This document shows, in pieces, positions 38,875 through 50,630 of a stretch of 64,000 nucleotides of DNA (within the stretch, counting starts at the first letter, position 1; every line of letters begins with the position of its first letter). Source of the DNA: Gemmatimonadales bacterium (GTDB lineage Bacteria; Gemmatimonadota; Gemmatimonadetes; Gemmatimonadales; GWC2-71-9); the NCBI GenBank assembly GCA_038321865.1, contig JBBQFH010000010.1, positions 1 to 64,000 on the forward strand. The letters are read 5' to 3'. The notes below the pieces were generated by a model that worked only from the letters and a program-made list of their open reading frames with translations, was not told where the DNA came from and searched no databases. Both the position numbers and the translations under genes were made by a program.

Positions 38875-41691
38875 TCAGGCGGTGACGGCGCCTTTGGCGA
38901 ATTGCCGCAGGACGCGCTGCAGGATCCCGCCGTGGCGGTAGTAGTCGAGCTCGACCGGCGAGTTGAGCCGCACCACCGCATCGAACGTGATCGCCTTACC
39001 GCTCTCCTTCCGTGCCGTCACTGCCACCCGCCCGCCCGGCACCAGACCCTGCGCGATCCCCGTGAGCGTGAACGTCTCAGTGCCCGTGAGGCCAAGCGAC
39101 CGGCGATCCACTCCCGGCTCGTAGCTCAAAGGCAGCACCCCCATCCCGACCAGGTTGCTCCGGTGGATTCGCTCGTAGCTGTCGGCGATGACGGCCCGCA
39201 CACCGAGCAGCGTAGTGCCCTTGGCGGCCCAGTCCCGGCTCGAGCCGGTGCCGTACTCCTTGCCGGCCAGGATGAGCAGTGGCGTGCCTTCCGCCGCGTA
39301 GCGCATGGCGGCGTCGTAGATCGATACCGTCTCGCCGGTGGGGAAGTGCACCGTCCAGTTCCCCTCCTTGCCGGGGACCAGCGCGTTGGAAATCCGGACG
39401 TTGCCGAAGGTGCCTCGCATCATCACTTCGTGATTGCCGCGCCGGGAGCCGAAGGTGTTCCAGTCACGTTGCTGAACGCCGTGGTCCATGAGATAGCGCG
39501 CTGCCGGGCCGTTCTTGGGAATGGCCCCCGCCGGGGAGATATGGTCGGTCGTCACCGAATCGCCGAGCACGGCCAGGACGCGCGCATCGATGACGTCGGT
39601 CAGTGGCGCGGGCTCGGGCGGCAACGCCTGGAAGAATGGGGGTTCCTGGACGTAGGTCGACGCCGGGTCCCAGGCATATCGGCTGCCCCCGGGGACTTCG
39701 AGTGCCTGCCAGGTCGCGTCGCCGTCGAAGACAGTCGCATACTGCTCGCGAAACAATTCGGGCTTGAGCGACGCGGCCATCGTGTCGCGAATCTCCTCCG
39801 GCGTCGGCCAGATTTCGCTGAGGTAGACGGGAGTCCCGTCGCTGCTGTTCGCGATCGCTTCGCGGGTCAGGTCGATGTTGACCCGGCCCGCGAGCGCAAA
39901 GGCGACCACGAGCATGGGAGACGCCAGATAGTTCGCCCGGACCAGCGGGTGAATGCGCGCCTCGAAGTTCCGGTTGCCGCTCAGGACCGCGGCCGTGACC
40001 AGCGAGTTCTCCTCGATCAGCTGGCTGACGATGTCGGGAAGCGGTCCCGAGTTCCCGATGCATGTGGTGCATCCGTAGCCGACCGTCTGAAACTGCAGCC
40101 GCTCGAGATAGGGCATGACGCCCGCAGCCCGCAGGTATTCGGTGACGACGCGCGAGCCGGGGGCCAGGCTGGTCTTCACCCACGGCTTGGTGCTGAGGCC
40201 CCGCTCGATGGCCTTTTTGGCCAGCAGGCCGGCACCGATCATTACCGACGGGTTTGAGGTGTTCGTGCAGCTGGTGATCGCCGCAATCACGATGGAGCCG
40301 TCGTGCAGCGAGATGTCGGCGCCATCGAGCACGCCCTGCACGACCGGGGGTGCATCGTCCGGCACCGCGGGAGCAGCGGCGGGGTCTGCGGTCGCGACGT
40401 TGGCGCCGCCTTCACCCATCCAGCGCGAATAGGCGTGCTGGGCCAGCTCCCGCCGGGCGGCCGGGGTTGTCGCGCTCATGAGTCCGGGCAGATTCACGAT
40501 GAAATCGCGCCGGAGCCCGCCGAGCGGAACCAGGTCCTGCGGCCGGCGCGGGCCCGCCAGGCTCGGTGTGATGCTCCCGAGGTCGAGCTCGACGACCGCC
40601 GTGAACTCCGGGTCGGGCGTGTCGTCGGTGCGAAACAGCCGCTGGGCCCGGCAGTACGCCTCGACCGCCGCCACGTGAGCGGCCTCGCGTCCGGTCCGCT
40701 CGAGATACCGGAGCGCCTCGACATCCACCGGGAAGAATCCCATCGTGGCCCCATACTCCGGCGCCATGTTCGCGATCGTGGCGCGATCGGCGAGGCCCAG
40801 ACTGGAGAGCCCCGTCCCGAAGAACTCGACGAACTTGTCCACCACCCCCTGTTTGCGGAGCATCTGGGTGACGCGGAGGACGAGATCCGTGGCGGTGGTG
40901 CCGACCGGCAGGGCGCCGTGCAGCTTCACGCCGATGACGTCGGGCACCAGCATGAAGTAGGGCTGGCCCAGCATCACCGCCTCCGCCTCGATGCCGCCGA
41001 CGCCCCAGCCGAGCACGCCGAGACCGTTGATCATCGTGGTGTGCGAGTCGGTGCCGACGACGGTGTCAGGATAGGCCGTGAGTTCGCCGAACTGCTCGCG
41101 CAGCTGCACGACCGGGGCGAGATGCTCGAGGTTCACCTGGTGGACGATGCCCATGCCGGGCGGCACGACGCGGAAGTTCCGGAACGCACGCTGGGCGAAC
41201 TTCAGCAGCTGGTACCGCTCGCGATTCCGCTCCATTTCCAGCTCGACATTCAGCCCGTACGCGCTCGCCGATCCGTAATGATCCACCTGTACCGAATGGT
41301 CGATCACCAGGTCGCACGGCACGACCGGGTTGATCATGTCGGGGTCACCCTCCATGCGGGCCATCGCGTCGCGCATCGCGGCGAGGTCGACGACGCAGGG
41401 GACGCCGGTGAAGTCCTGCAGCACCACGCGGGCCGGCATGAACGGGATTTCGCTGCGGGATGTGGCAACCGGGGCCCAGCCGGCGAGCTGACGGACGTGG
41501 CTTTCCGTCACGACACCGCGGCCGGTATGCCGGAGCAGGTTTTCCAGAAGCACGCGAATGGAGAAGGGGAGTCGATCGATCCGGGCGATCTCTTGCCGGT
41601 CCAGCTCCGACAGGCGATAGATTACGGCATCGGCGCCGGCGAGGCGGACGGTGCTGCGGACCCCGAATGGATCTGTCGTCTGTGTCGTCAT
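38875..41691 (-). CDS. acnA: Aconitate hydratase A
   Basis: PARVVLQDFTGVP, DHSVQVD, GTDSHTTM, AAITSCTNTSNP, GYGCTTCIGNSG, TTDHISPAG, EYGTGSSRDWAAKG. Confidence 0.97.
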   Translation of the reverse strand: MTTQTTDPFGVRSTVRLAGADAVIYRLSELDRQEIARIDRLPFSIRVLLENLLRHTGRGVVTESHVRQLAGWAPVATSRSEIPFMPARVVLQDFTGVPCVVDLAAMRDAMARMEGDPDMINPVVPCDLVIDHSVQVDHYGSASAYGLNVELEMERNRERYQLLKFAQRAFRNFRVVPPGMGIVHQVNLEHLAPVVQLREQFGELTAYPDTVVGTDSHTTMINGLGVLGWGVGGIEAEAVMLGQPYFMLVPDVIGVKLHGALPVGTTATDLVLRVTQMLRKQGVVDKFVEFFGTGLSSLGLADRATIANMAPEYGATMGFFPVDVEALRYLERTGREAAHVAAVEAYCRAQRLFRTDDTPDPEFTAVVELDLGSITPSLAGPRRPQDLVPLGGLRRDFIVNLPGLMSATTPAARRELAQHAYSRWMGEGGANVATADPAAAPAVPDDAPPVVQGVLDGADISLHDGSIVIAAITSCTNTSNPSVMIGAGLLAKKAIERGLSTKPWVKTSLAPGSRVVTEYLRAAGVMPYLERLQFQTVGYGCTTCIGNSGPLPDIVSQLIEENSLVTAAVLSGNRNFEARIHPLVRANYLASPMLVVAFALAGRVNIDLTREAIANSSDGTPVYLSEIWPTPEEIRDTMAASLKPELFREQYATVFDGDATWQALEVPGGSRYAWDPASTYVQEPPFFQALPPEPAPLTDVIDARVLAVLGDSVTTDHISPAGAIPKNGPAARYLMDHGVQQRDWNTFGSRRGNHEVMMRGTFGNVRISNALVPGKEGNWTVHFPTGETVSIYDAAMRYAAEGTPLLILAGKEYGTGSSRDWAAKGTTLLGVRAVIADSYERIHRSNLVGMGVLPLSYEPGVDRRSLGLTGTETFTLTGIAQGLVPGGRVAVTARKESGKAITFDAVVRLNSPVELDYYRHGGILQRVLRQFAKGAVTA

Positions 41692-41752
41692 GTCTCGCGG
41701 AATCCCGTCGTATGGGTATCAAGCCGCGGGAATTATATAAGCAGGAGGCCGT

Positions 41753-42085
41753 TTGGGGACGCTGCCACCGGTACCATATGCCATCACGCGCCGGCCGGAG
41801 GGCCTGCTCGTCGAATGGGACGCGTCCGGGCACACCTGCACTTACCCTGCCCGTGAGCTCCGGCTGGCCTGCCGCTGCGCGGCGTGTGTCGAGGAGATGA
41901 GTGGCCGGCCGCTGCTCGATCCATCGGCGGTGCCGCTCGATGTGCGGCCGGACGCGGTCTCGCTGGTGGGCGCGTACGGCCTGCGGGTGCGCTGGAGCGA
42001 CGGGCACGATACCGGGATCTACGGGTTCGATCGGCTCCTGGCGGACTGCCGCTGCGCGCGGTGCGCGGCGGCACGGACACGGTAG
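41753..42085 (+). CDS. DUF971 (GBBH-like N-terminal, Cys-rich) protein
   Basis: YPARELRLACRCAACVEEMSG, VGAYGLRVRWSDGHDTGIY; TTG start after GGAGG. Confidence 0.82.
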   Translation: MGTLPPVPYAITRRPEGLLVEWDASGHTCTYPARELRLACRCAACVEEMSGRPLLDPSAVPLDVRPDAVSLVGAYGLRVRWSDGHDTGIYGFDRLLADCRCARCAAARTR

Positions 42086-42159
42086 CGCGAGGCTGGTGCA
42101 GCGCCGCATTCGGTGATAATCTCGACCGCTCGTGTCCCTGACTTGACGGGAGTCGCTGC

Positions 42160-42456
42160 ATGGTGGCTGGCCGGCGGATCTGGATCCTCATCTGGTACGG
42201 CATGCTGTTCATCGGCGTGCTCGGCCTCGGCGCCTCGGTCTACTGGGCGCGGCTCACGCACTGGCGCAATCTCGATGAGTTCCTCCGCGGCATCGGCACC
42301 GTCCTCGTGTCGGCGGGGATGCTGGTGCTCCTGCACGGTGTGGGGGACGTCGTCGGTACGGCCCTCATGATCGGCGCGGTTGGCGCCTTCGTGGCGGCCT
42401 TCGTCGTGGGCCGGCGGATCGGGCCGCCGGAGGGGGACGAACCACCGGCCCCGTGA
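42160..42456 (+). CDS. Small membrane protein (about 3 TM)
   Basis: Three hydrophobic segments; GGGAG RBS; WRNLDEFLRG loop. Confidence 0.65.
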   Translation: MVAGRRIWILIWYGMLFIGVLGLGASVYWARLTHWRNLDEFLRGIGTVLVSAGMLVLLHGVGDVVGTALMIGAVGAFVAAFVVGRRIGPPEGDEPPAP

Positions 42457-42556
42457 CGCAGACCACTGGCCAGCGGCGCCCGCCGGCCCAGATTGCGGCG
42501 TTGCAGCCCCGACCCGCTTCCCGGTTGTACCAGGCCCCTTTATGCGGTGAGGCTCC

Positions 42557-43081
42557 ATGCCGTCGCAGCGTCACTCCGTCGTCCGTGAGGGGATCGTCAC
42601 CGGTGCCATCGGCGCCGCGGTGGTCGCGCTCTGGTATTTCGTGGTGGATCTCGCAGCCGGGCGTCCCCTCCACACGCCGACCATGATCGGCCAGCTGTTC
42701 CTCCACGGCGCCGGGGGCATGACGCAGGCCGTGTCCCCCGCCGCGGTGCTCGTGGCCACGCTGGTGCACGGGGCCGCCTTCGCCGTGGTTGGTCTCGCAC
42801 TCACGGCGCTGGTGCACCTGGCCTCACGGGAAATCGCCTGGCGGATGGGTGTCCTGATCGGACTGGTCATCGCCCTCGGGTTTTCGGCGGGCATGATGTT
42901 CGCCCTCGCGCCCGCCACGGGGGAACGGTTTCAGAGCTGGGTGGTGATCGGGGGCAGCATGCTGGCGGTGGCCGCCATGGCCGTGCATCTCTGGCGCCGG
43001 CACCCGGTGCTGGCCGGGTCGTTCCGCGACGTGCCGCTGGGCGACGAGACCGAATCCGCCCCGCACCCGCCGCACCGCTGA
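42557..43081 (+). CDS. Membrane protein (about 4 TM)
   Basis: REGIVTGAIGAAVVALWYFVVD..GRPLHTP, hydrophobic helices, C-terminal LWRRHP. Confidence 0.7.
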   Translation: MPSQRHSVVREGIVTGAIGAAVVALWYFVVDLAAGRPLHTPTMIGQLFLHGAGGMTQAVSPAAVLVATLVHGAAFAVVGLALTALVHLASREIAWRMGVLIGLVIALGFSAGMMFALAPATGERFQSWVVIGGSMLAVAAMAVHLWRRHPVLAGSFRDVPLGDETESAPHPPHR

Positions 43082-43151
43082 GGTCGCCCGCCGTTTACGC
43101 TGCTCACGGACCCGGCTAGCTTCCCCCATCCTCCTCAACCGGCCGGGGTCC

Positions 43152-45614
43152 GTGCACCTGCGCTCGCTCATCGTTGCGGTCCTGTCGTGCGCCGTCGTTC
43201 CGTCTCATTCCCTGCTGGCCCAGCTCCAACCGCCCTCCACTGGCGGCATCGTTGCATTGCACCAGGAGCTCCGGATGCTGGGGCACACCCAGCGCGTGCT
43301 CATGATCGGCGCGCATCCGGACGATGAGGACACCGAACTGCTGACGCTGCTGGTGCGCGGCGAAGGGGCGGAATCGGCCTATCTGTCCCTCAACAGGGGC
43401 GAAGGCGGACAGAACCTTATCGGCGCCGAGCTGGGGGAGGCGCTGGGTCTCCTCCGGACCGAGGAGCTGCTGGCGGCACGGCGTCTCGACGGCGCCCAGC
43501 AGTTCTTCACCCGCGCGTACGATTTCGGATTCTCCAAGACGCTCGACGACACCTGGGCCCACTGGCCGCGCGACAGCATTCTCAAGGACGTCGTGCGCAT
43601 CGTGCGTCGGTTCCGGCCGCAGGTCGTGGTCTCGATCTTCAGCGGCACCCCACGCGATGGGCACGGCCAGCATCAGGCCGCCGGCTGGGCCGCGCAGGAG
43701 GCATTTCGCGTAGCCGGTGACCCGGCGCGGTTCCCGGAACTCGAGCGCGAGGAGGGACTCGCGCCCTGGACGCCGCTGAGGCTGTACCGGAGCGCGCGCT
43801 TCGACACCGCGGCCACGACGCTGGCGGTGGATGGCGGCGCGATCGACCCGGCGGTCGGCAAGTCGTACCATCAGACCGCGATGCAGGGCAGGAGCCTGCA
43901 CCGCTCGCAGGACATGGGCCAGCTGCAGCGCATCGGCCCGTCGCCGGTGCGGCTCGCACTGTGGCAGGACCGAACCGGCGGCGGGGCGGCCAGCCTCTTC
44001 GCGGGTCTCGACACGACGCTTGCGGCATCCGCGGCCGACACGGCGCGGTCGGCCGAGTGGCGGTCGATCGGCGGCGACCTGAGCCGCGCGGACGCGCTGG
44101 GCGCACCGGCGCTTGTGAAGCTGCGGCAGCGCTTCGTGGCCGCAGCCGGCGGCACGAGCCGGCTGACGCCCGCCCAGCGCGACCAGCTGATGCATCTCGA
44201 CGCCGCGCTGGAGAACCTCCGCGGCATCGTGTGCGACGCGGTGGCCGACGACGATCGCGTGGTGCCGGGCCAGATGCTCCGCATCACCACGACCTGCAGC
44301 GGCTCGCCATCGGCGGCGCCGGAGCTGATCTATCGCGGTACGACGCTGGACGGCCGGTCGACCGATGCGTTCGCGGTGCCGGACACGGCCGTCCTGTCGC
44401 GTCCCTATTTCCTGGCTGATCCGAAGCACGGCGATCTCTACAGCTGGCGGGATGTCGCGCCTCAGTCGCGGGGGCTGCCTCGCGAGGCCCCGACGCTCGC
44501 GCTGCGCTATGACGGTGTCGTCACGGAAGTCGCCTTTCGCTACAACGACCAGGCGGTCGGCGAGCGGAGGAAGCCGGTGACGATCGTGCCGCGCGTGGAC
44601 GTCAAGATCGATCCCGACACCGCGCTCTGGAGCACCGCCTCTCGAGGGATTCGGCATTTCCGCGTTACCGTGACGCATGGCGCGCGGGATACGACGTCCG
44701 GCCGGGTACGGCTGGAAGTGCCGGCGGGATGGGCCGCGCCCGCGCCGCAGGCCTTCCGGTTTGCCCACGAAGACGAGACGGCAGCATTCGACTTCCAGCT
44801 GAGGACGCCCGACCCGTTGGCGGCGATGACCTATGAGGTCCGCGCGATCGCCGAGGACAGCCGCGGCCACCGGTACGATGGCGGCGTCTACACGATCGAC
44901 TACCCGCACATTCGGGCGCGCTCCTACACCGCCGCCGCCGCGGCCCGGATCGTGGCGGCGCCGCTGGCGCTGCCGAGTTTGTCTCGAGTGGGCTATGTGC
45001 GGGGCGCCGCCGACCGCGTTCCGGAGTCGCTCATCGGCGCCGGCGTCGCCGTGGAGCTGCTCGATCCGTCTGCGCTCGCGCGGGGAGACCTGTCGCGCTA
45101 CGACGTCATCGTCGTCGGGCCCCGCGCCTACGAAACCGATACGGCGCTCATCGCGCATAACGGGCGGCTGCTGGATTATGCCCGCGCCGGAGGCATGGTT
45201 CTGGTGCAGTACCAGCAGTACCAGTTTATCCGGGGCGGGTTCGCGCCGCTCCCCATGACGATCGCGAGCCCGCACGACCGGGTCACCGACGAGAATGCAC
45301 CGGTGCGAGCGCTCGATCCGAACAGCGCCGCGCTGCAACGGCCCAACGCGCTCAACGACAGCGACTGGCGCGGCTGGGTGCAGGAGCGCGCACTCTACAT
45401 GGCGCATACATGGGACCCGGCCTACCGGCCGGTCCTCGAGATGCACGACCCGGGCGAGGCCGCGCAGGACGGCGGACTGCTGGTGGCGTCGATCGGGAAA
45501 GGCACCTACGTCTACACCGGGCTGGCCTTCTTCCGGGAGCTGCCGGCGGGCGTTCCCGGCGCGTACCGCCTGTTCGCCAACCTGCTCGCGCTGAGCCGGA
45601 GGCCGAGCCCCTGA
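43152..45614 (+). CDS. Secreted PIG-L/LmbE family deacetylase with NEW3-like and class I glutamine-amidotransferase-like C-terminal domains
   Basis: IGAHPDDED, NRGEGGQN, RTEELLAARRLDG, DFGFSK, HGQHQAAG, HRSQDMG; C-terminal YDVIVVGPRAY..GLAFFRELPAGVPGAYRLFANLL. Confidence 0.88.
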   Translation: MHLRSLIVAVLSCAVVPSHSLLAQLQPPSTGGIVALHQELRMLGHTQRVLMIGAHPDDEDTELLTLLVRGEGAESAYLSLNRGEGGQNLIGAELGEALGLLRTEELLAARRLDGAQQFFTRAYDFGFSKTLDDTWAHWPRDSILKDVVRIVRRFRPQVVVSIFSGTPRDGHGQHQAAGWAAQEAFRVAGDPARFPELEREEGLAPWTPLRLYRSARFDTAATTLAVDGGAIDPAVGKSYHQTAMQGRSLHRSQDMGQLQRIGPSPVRLALWQDRTGGGAASLFAGLDTTLAASAADTARSAEWRSIGGDLSRADALGAPALVKLRQRFVAAAGGTSRLTPAQRDQLMHLDAALENLRGIVCDAVADDDRVVPGQMLRITTTCSGSPSAAPELIYRGTTLDGRSTDAFAVPDTAVLSRPYFLADPKHGDLYSWRDVAPQSRGLPREAPTLALRYDGVVTEVAFRYNDQAVGERRKPVTIVPRVDVKIDPDTALWSTASRGIRHFRVTVTHGARDTTSGRVRLEVPAGWAAPAPQAFRFAHEDETAAFDFQLRTPDPLAAMTYEVRAIAEDSRGHRYDGGVYTIDYPHIRARSYTAAAAARIVAAPLALPSLSRVGYVRGAADRVPESLIGAGVAVELLDPSALARGDLSRYDVIVVGPRAYETDTALIAHNGRLLDYARAGGMVLVQYQQYQFIRGGFAPLPMTIASPHDRVTDENAPVRALDPNSAALQRPNALNDSDWRGWVQERALYMAHTWDPAYRPVLEMHDPGEAAQDGGLLVASIGKGTYVYTGLAFFRELPAGVPGAYRLFANLLALSRRPSP

Positions 45615-46644
45615 TGGCGGGACGCCGCGCCGCGGCGCTGCTCGCCGTGATTCTGCCTGCCGCACTGGCCTGCCGGAGCGATGGACGGACGCCGGTGGTC
45701 GTCTACTCGCCGCACGGGCGGGATCAGCTGGTGCTGATGGAGCATGATTTCGAGCGGCTGCACCCCGACATCGACGTGCGCTGGCTCGACATGGGAAGCC
45801 AGGAAATCCTGGACCGGATCCGCTTCGAGAAGGTCAATCCGCAAGCCGATGTCTGGTTCGGCGGGCCGACCACGATCTTCGACCGGGGCATCGCCGACTC
45901 GCTGCTCGCCCCGTACCGTCCCGACTGGGCTGCGCACGCCGGGTCGCGAGGCGTCGGCCCCCACGACCTGTATTTTCCGGTCTACCGTACACCGGCAGTG
46001 ATCGCCTACAACAGCCACGCCGTATCGGCCGATTCGGCGCCGCGCGACTGGGACGACGTGCTTGAGCCGCGCTGGCGCGACAAGCTCCTCATTCGGGATC
46101 CGGTGGCGAGCGGCACGATGCGGGCGATCTGGGGACTGATCCTCGAGCGCAGCGTACGCGAGACCGGTGACACGGCCCGCGGCATGGCCTGGCTCCGGCG
46201 GCTCGACGGCCAGACGAAGACCTACACGCTCAATCCGGCGATCCTGGAGGAGAAGCTGGTGCGGGAGGAGGGGCTGGTCACGCTGTGGGACCTGCCCGAC
46301 CTGCTCATCTGGCAGAGCAAGGGCATTCCGTTCAGCTACACCTTTCCCCGCAGCGGCACCGTGGTGATCGACGATGCGATCGCGCTGGTGCGCGGCGCCC
46401 CGCACGCCCGCGCGGCGAGGGCATTCATCGATTACGTCGGCGGCGAGCACGCCCAGCTGCTGGCGGCGCGGCGGGTGTTCCGCCTTCCGGTCCGGGATGA
46501 TCTGCCGCTAGACTCCGTCCCCGCGTGGGTGGCCGACGTCGAACGCAACATGGTCGTCGCCGAGGTGGACTGGAGCATGCTCGCCCGCGAAGGATCCGCC
46601 TGGATGTCGTACTGGGATCGTCATGTCCGCAACACCGGGAAACG

Positions 46645-46648
<4 letters not shown>
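45614..46648 (+). CDS. ABC transporter substrate-binding lipoprotein (Fe3+/polyamine/thiamine type)
   Basis: Lipobox ALAC, VVYSPHG, NPQADVWFGG, PRDWDDVLEPRW, RDPVASGT. Confidence 0.88.
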
Positions 46649-47720
<1,072 letters not shown>

Positions 47721-47724
<4 letters not shown>

Positions 47725-49373
47725 GGCGACCGTCGAGCCCGGCGGGCTGGCTGCTGCTGGCGCTGCTGGCGTGGCTCATCGCCTATCCACTCGTGCTCGT
47801 GCTGCTGGACGCGGTGCGGAGTCCGGGCGGATGGACGCTGGAATACGTACGGGTATTCCTGTCGCGGCCCACCGAGTGGCGGGCGCTGTGGGACAGTCTC
47901 TGGATTTCGGTTGCGAGCGTTGCGCTCTCGGCCGCGATCGGGATTCCGCTCGCGTTCCTCTTCGTCCGGTACGAGTTTCCCGGGCGCCGGCTGCTGGGGG
48001 CGGTCGTCGCGCTGCCGGCGGTGCTGCCGCCGCTCGTGGGTGTCCTGGCGTTTCTCTTCCTCTACGGGGAAAGCGGCTTCGTCGCCCACCTCGTCAAGCG
48101 GGTCTTCGGCCTGGACCAGGCACCGTGGACGCTGGAAGGCGCCACGGCGATCCTGCTGGTGCATGCCTACTCGATGTACGTCTACTTCTATCTTTTCGTC
48201 CGGGCGGGACTGTCGTCGCTGGATGCGTCGGTGTTCGAGGCCGCTGCCAGCCTGGGGGCCGGCAGGTGGCGCACGCTCAGGCGAGTGGTGCTGCCGCTGC
48301 TCCGGCCGTCGCTTACCGGCGCCGCCCTGCTCACGTTCATGACGTCGCTGGCTTCGTTCAGCGCGCCCTACATCTTCGGCGGCGGGTTTCGGGTGATGAC
48401 GACGCAGATCATCGCCACCCGGCTCAACGGCGAGAATTCGCTGGCCATGGTGGAAACCGTATCGCTCACCATCCTGGCGCTCGCCGGGCTGCTGCTCTTC
48501 CGCCGGTCCGACGCCGACGAGCCTGCGGCGAGTGCCGGCAAGGGCGTCGCTCCGGAGCGGTCCCGGGTCACGAGCCGCCCCGCCCGCCTGGCACTCGCGG
48601 CGCTGTCGTGGATCCTCGCTCTCGTGCTGCTCCTTCCGCACCTGACGCTGCTGGTCGTCTCGTTCGTGCCGCTTGGCACCTGGACCACGGAGGCCGTTCC
48701 GCCGGCGTACACGCTCGCCAACTACGCAACCCTGCTCGAGGACCCGGTGCGCGCGCGGCCACTGGTCAACAGCCTCTGGATGGCCACACTGGCGACGGTG
48801 GCCGCGGTGGGGATCGCCGTGGCGGCCGGTGTGCTGGCCGTCCGCCGACGAGTGCGCGGTGGCGGGGCCATCGAAGCGTTGCTGGCACTCCCCTGGGCGG
48901 TTCCGGGGACGGTGTTTGCCATCGCGCTGGCGACGGCGTTCAGCGTGCGCCAGCCACTCGCGGCGCGGTTCATCCTCGTCGGGACGCTCTGGATCCTGCC
49001 GCTGGCCTATCTCGTCCGGAACCTTCCGATCACCGGCCGTGCGGTGCTGGCCGGGTTTCGCCGGCTCGATCCGTCGCTCGATGAGGCCGCCGCAACCCTG
49101 GGCGCCGGTCGCTGGCGCACGCTCGGGCGCATCACGCTGCCGCTGCTCCGTCCCGCCCTCGTCGCCGGAGCGACGCTCGCGTTCGTGACGGCCTTCGGCG
49201 ACTTCGTGACTTCGATCATGCTCTACACCTACGACACACGGCCGATCTCGCTCGAGATCCTGTCGAGCCTCAGAAATTCAGACGTCGGCGTCGCGGCCGC
49301 CTACGGCGTGGTGCTCATGCTCGTCAGCGGCGCCGTGTTCGCGCTCGGCGCCGAGCGGCGGGCGGCCGGATGA
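47721..49373 (+). CDS. ABC transporter permease, duplicated domain (FbpB-like)
   Basis: Two EAA loops (VFEAAASLGAGRW, LDEAAATLGAGRW) and many TM helices. Confidence 0.92.
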
Positions 49374-50617
49374 GCGGCAGCGTCGCGGCGGAGCAGGGTC
49401 AGTTTCGGCGCCTGGCCATCCTGATCACGACCAGCTTCGTGGACATGATCGGATTCTCGATCGTCTTTCCGCTGCTTCCGTTCTACGCGCTCAAACTGCA
49501 CGGCAACGCCTTCCACGTCGGGCTGATCACCGCCGCGTTTTCCGCCGCGCAGATCCTGTCGGCGCCGATCTGGGGACGGGTATCCGATCGCTACGGGCGG
49601 CGACCGGCGCTGCTGATCGGACTGCTCGCGTCCGCTGCCGCGTACGTGGTGTTCGGGCTGGCGGACTCGATCCTGCTGTTGTTCCTGTCGCGCCTCATTC
49701 AGGGGGCCGGTGGCGGCACCACCGGCGTGGCCCAGGCCTACGTCGCCGATACGGTCAAGCCGTCCGACCGGGCCCGCGCTCTCGGATGGCTCTCGGCGGC
49801 GACCTCAGCGGGCGTGATGCTCGGCCCGGTAATCGGCTCCTTCGCCGCGCGAATCAATCACGAGGCCCCCGGCTTCGCCGCGGCCGCGCTCTGCCTGATC
49901 AATGCCGGTTTTGCCTGGCGGTGGCTTCCGGAGTCCCGTGTCCGCGAGGCGGGCGGCGCGGTGCCGGTCCGAAAGCCGGTATGGCACGCAGCGTGGCAGG
50001 TGCTGAGCCATCCGGGCGGCCCGGTGACGCGGCTGATCTGGATCTACGCCGTCGGCATGCTCGCATTCTCGGCGCTCTCCTCCGTGCTCGCGCTCTACCT
50101 GGGTGCGGAGTTCGGGGTGACCGAACGGACGATCGCCCCGGTCTTCGTTTACGTGGCGACGGTAGGGCTGGTGATGCGCTCGGTCCTGCTCGGACCGATC
50201 GTCGACCGGATCGGCGAAACATGGACGATGCGAGCCGGGACCATCGTACTGGTGATCGGGCTGCTGCTCTACCCCCAGGCGCATTCGGTCGGCGCCCTCG
50301 CCGCGGTGATTCCCTTCGTGCCAATCGGCACGGCACTCCTGTTCCCGGCCACGACGGCGCTGATGTCCCGCAAGTCGGATCGCGAGGAACTCGGCACCAT
50401 CATGGGCGTGGCGCAGACTTTCGGCGGGATCAGCAGGGTCATCGCTCCGCTCTTCGCCACGTTCGTGTTCGGTCACTTCGGGCACGTCGCGCCGTTCTAC
50501 GTCGCGGGAGCGATCGTGGCGCTGGTCGGCATCCTCGCGTTCCGGGTGGAGCCGTACGCACCCGGACCTACTCCGGCGGGCGGCACGCCCGCGGCCGGCT
50601 CCGGCGCGGTCCGCTGA
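49370..50617 (+). CDS. MFS transporter (TetA/DHA1-like)
   Basis: FVDMIGFSIVFPLLP, WGRVSDRYGRRPALL, SRLIQGAGGG, QAYVAD. Confidence 0.92.
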   Translation: MSGSVAAEQGQFRRLAILITTSFVDMIGFSIVFPLLPFYALKLHGNAFHVGLITAAFSAAQILSAPIWGRVSDRYGRRPALLIGLLASAAAYVVFGLADSILLLFLSRLIQGAGGGTTGVAQAYVADTVKPSDRARALGWLSAATSAGVMLGPVIGSFAARINHEAPGFAAAALCLINAGFAWRWLPESRVREAGGAVPVRKPVWHAAWQVLSHPGGPVTRLIWIYAVGMLAFSALSSVLALYLGAEFGVTERTIAPVFVYVATVGLVMRSVLLGPIVDRIGETWTMRAGTIVLVIGLLLYPQAHSVGALAAVIPFVPIGTALLFPATTALMSRKSDREELGTIMGVAQTFGGISRVIAPLFATFVFGHFGHVAPFYVAGAIVALVGILAFRVEPYAPGPTPAGGTPAAGSGAVR

Positions 50618-50630
50618 TCGGAGGGTACGG

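Noticed and set aside
43116..45665. Long antisense ORFs (e.g. 43116-45665, 9912-11768, 24794-26839, 30122-32263, 54962-56923, 58773-60659)
   Set aside because: These are Arg/Gly/Ala-rich shadow frames opposite well-supported genes, as expected in high-GC DNA, and they carry no recognisable motifs.
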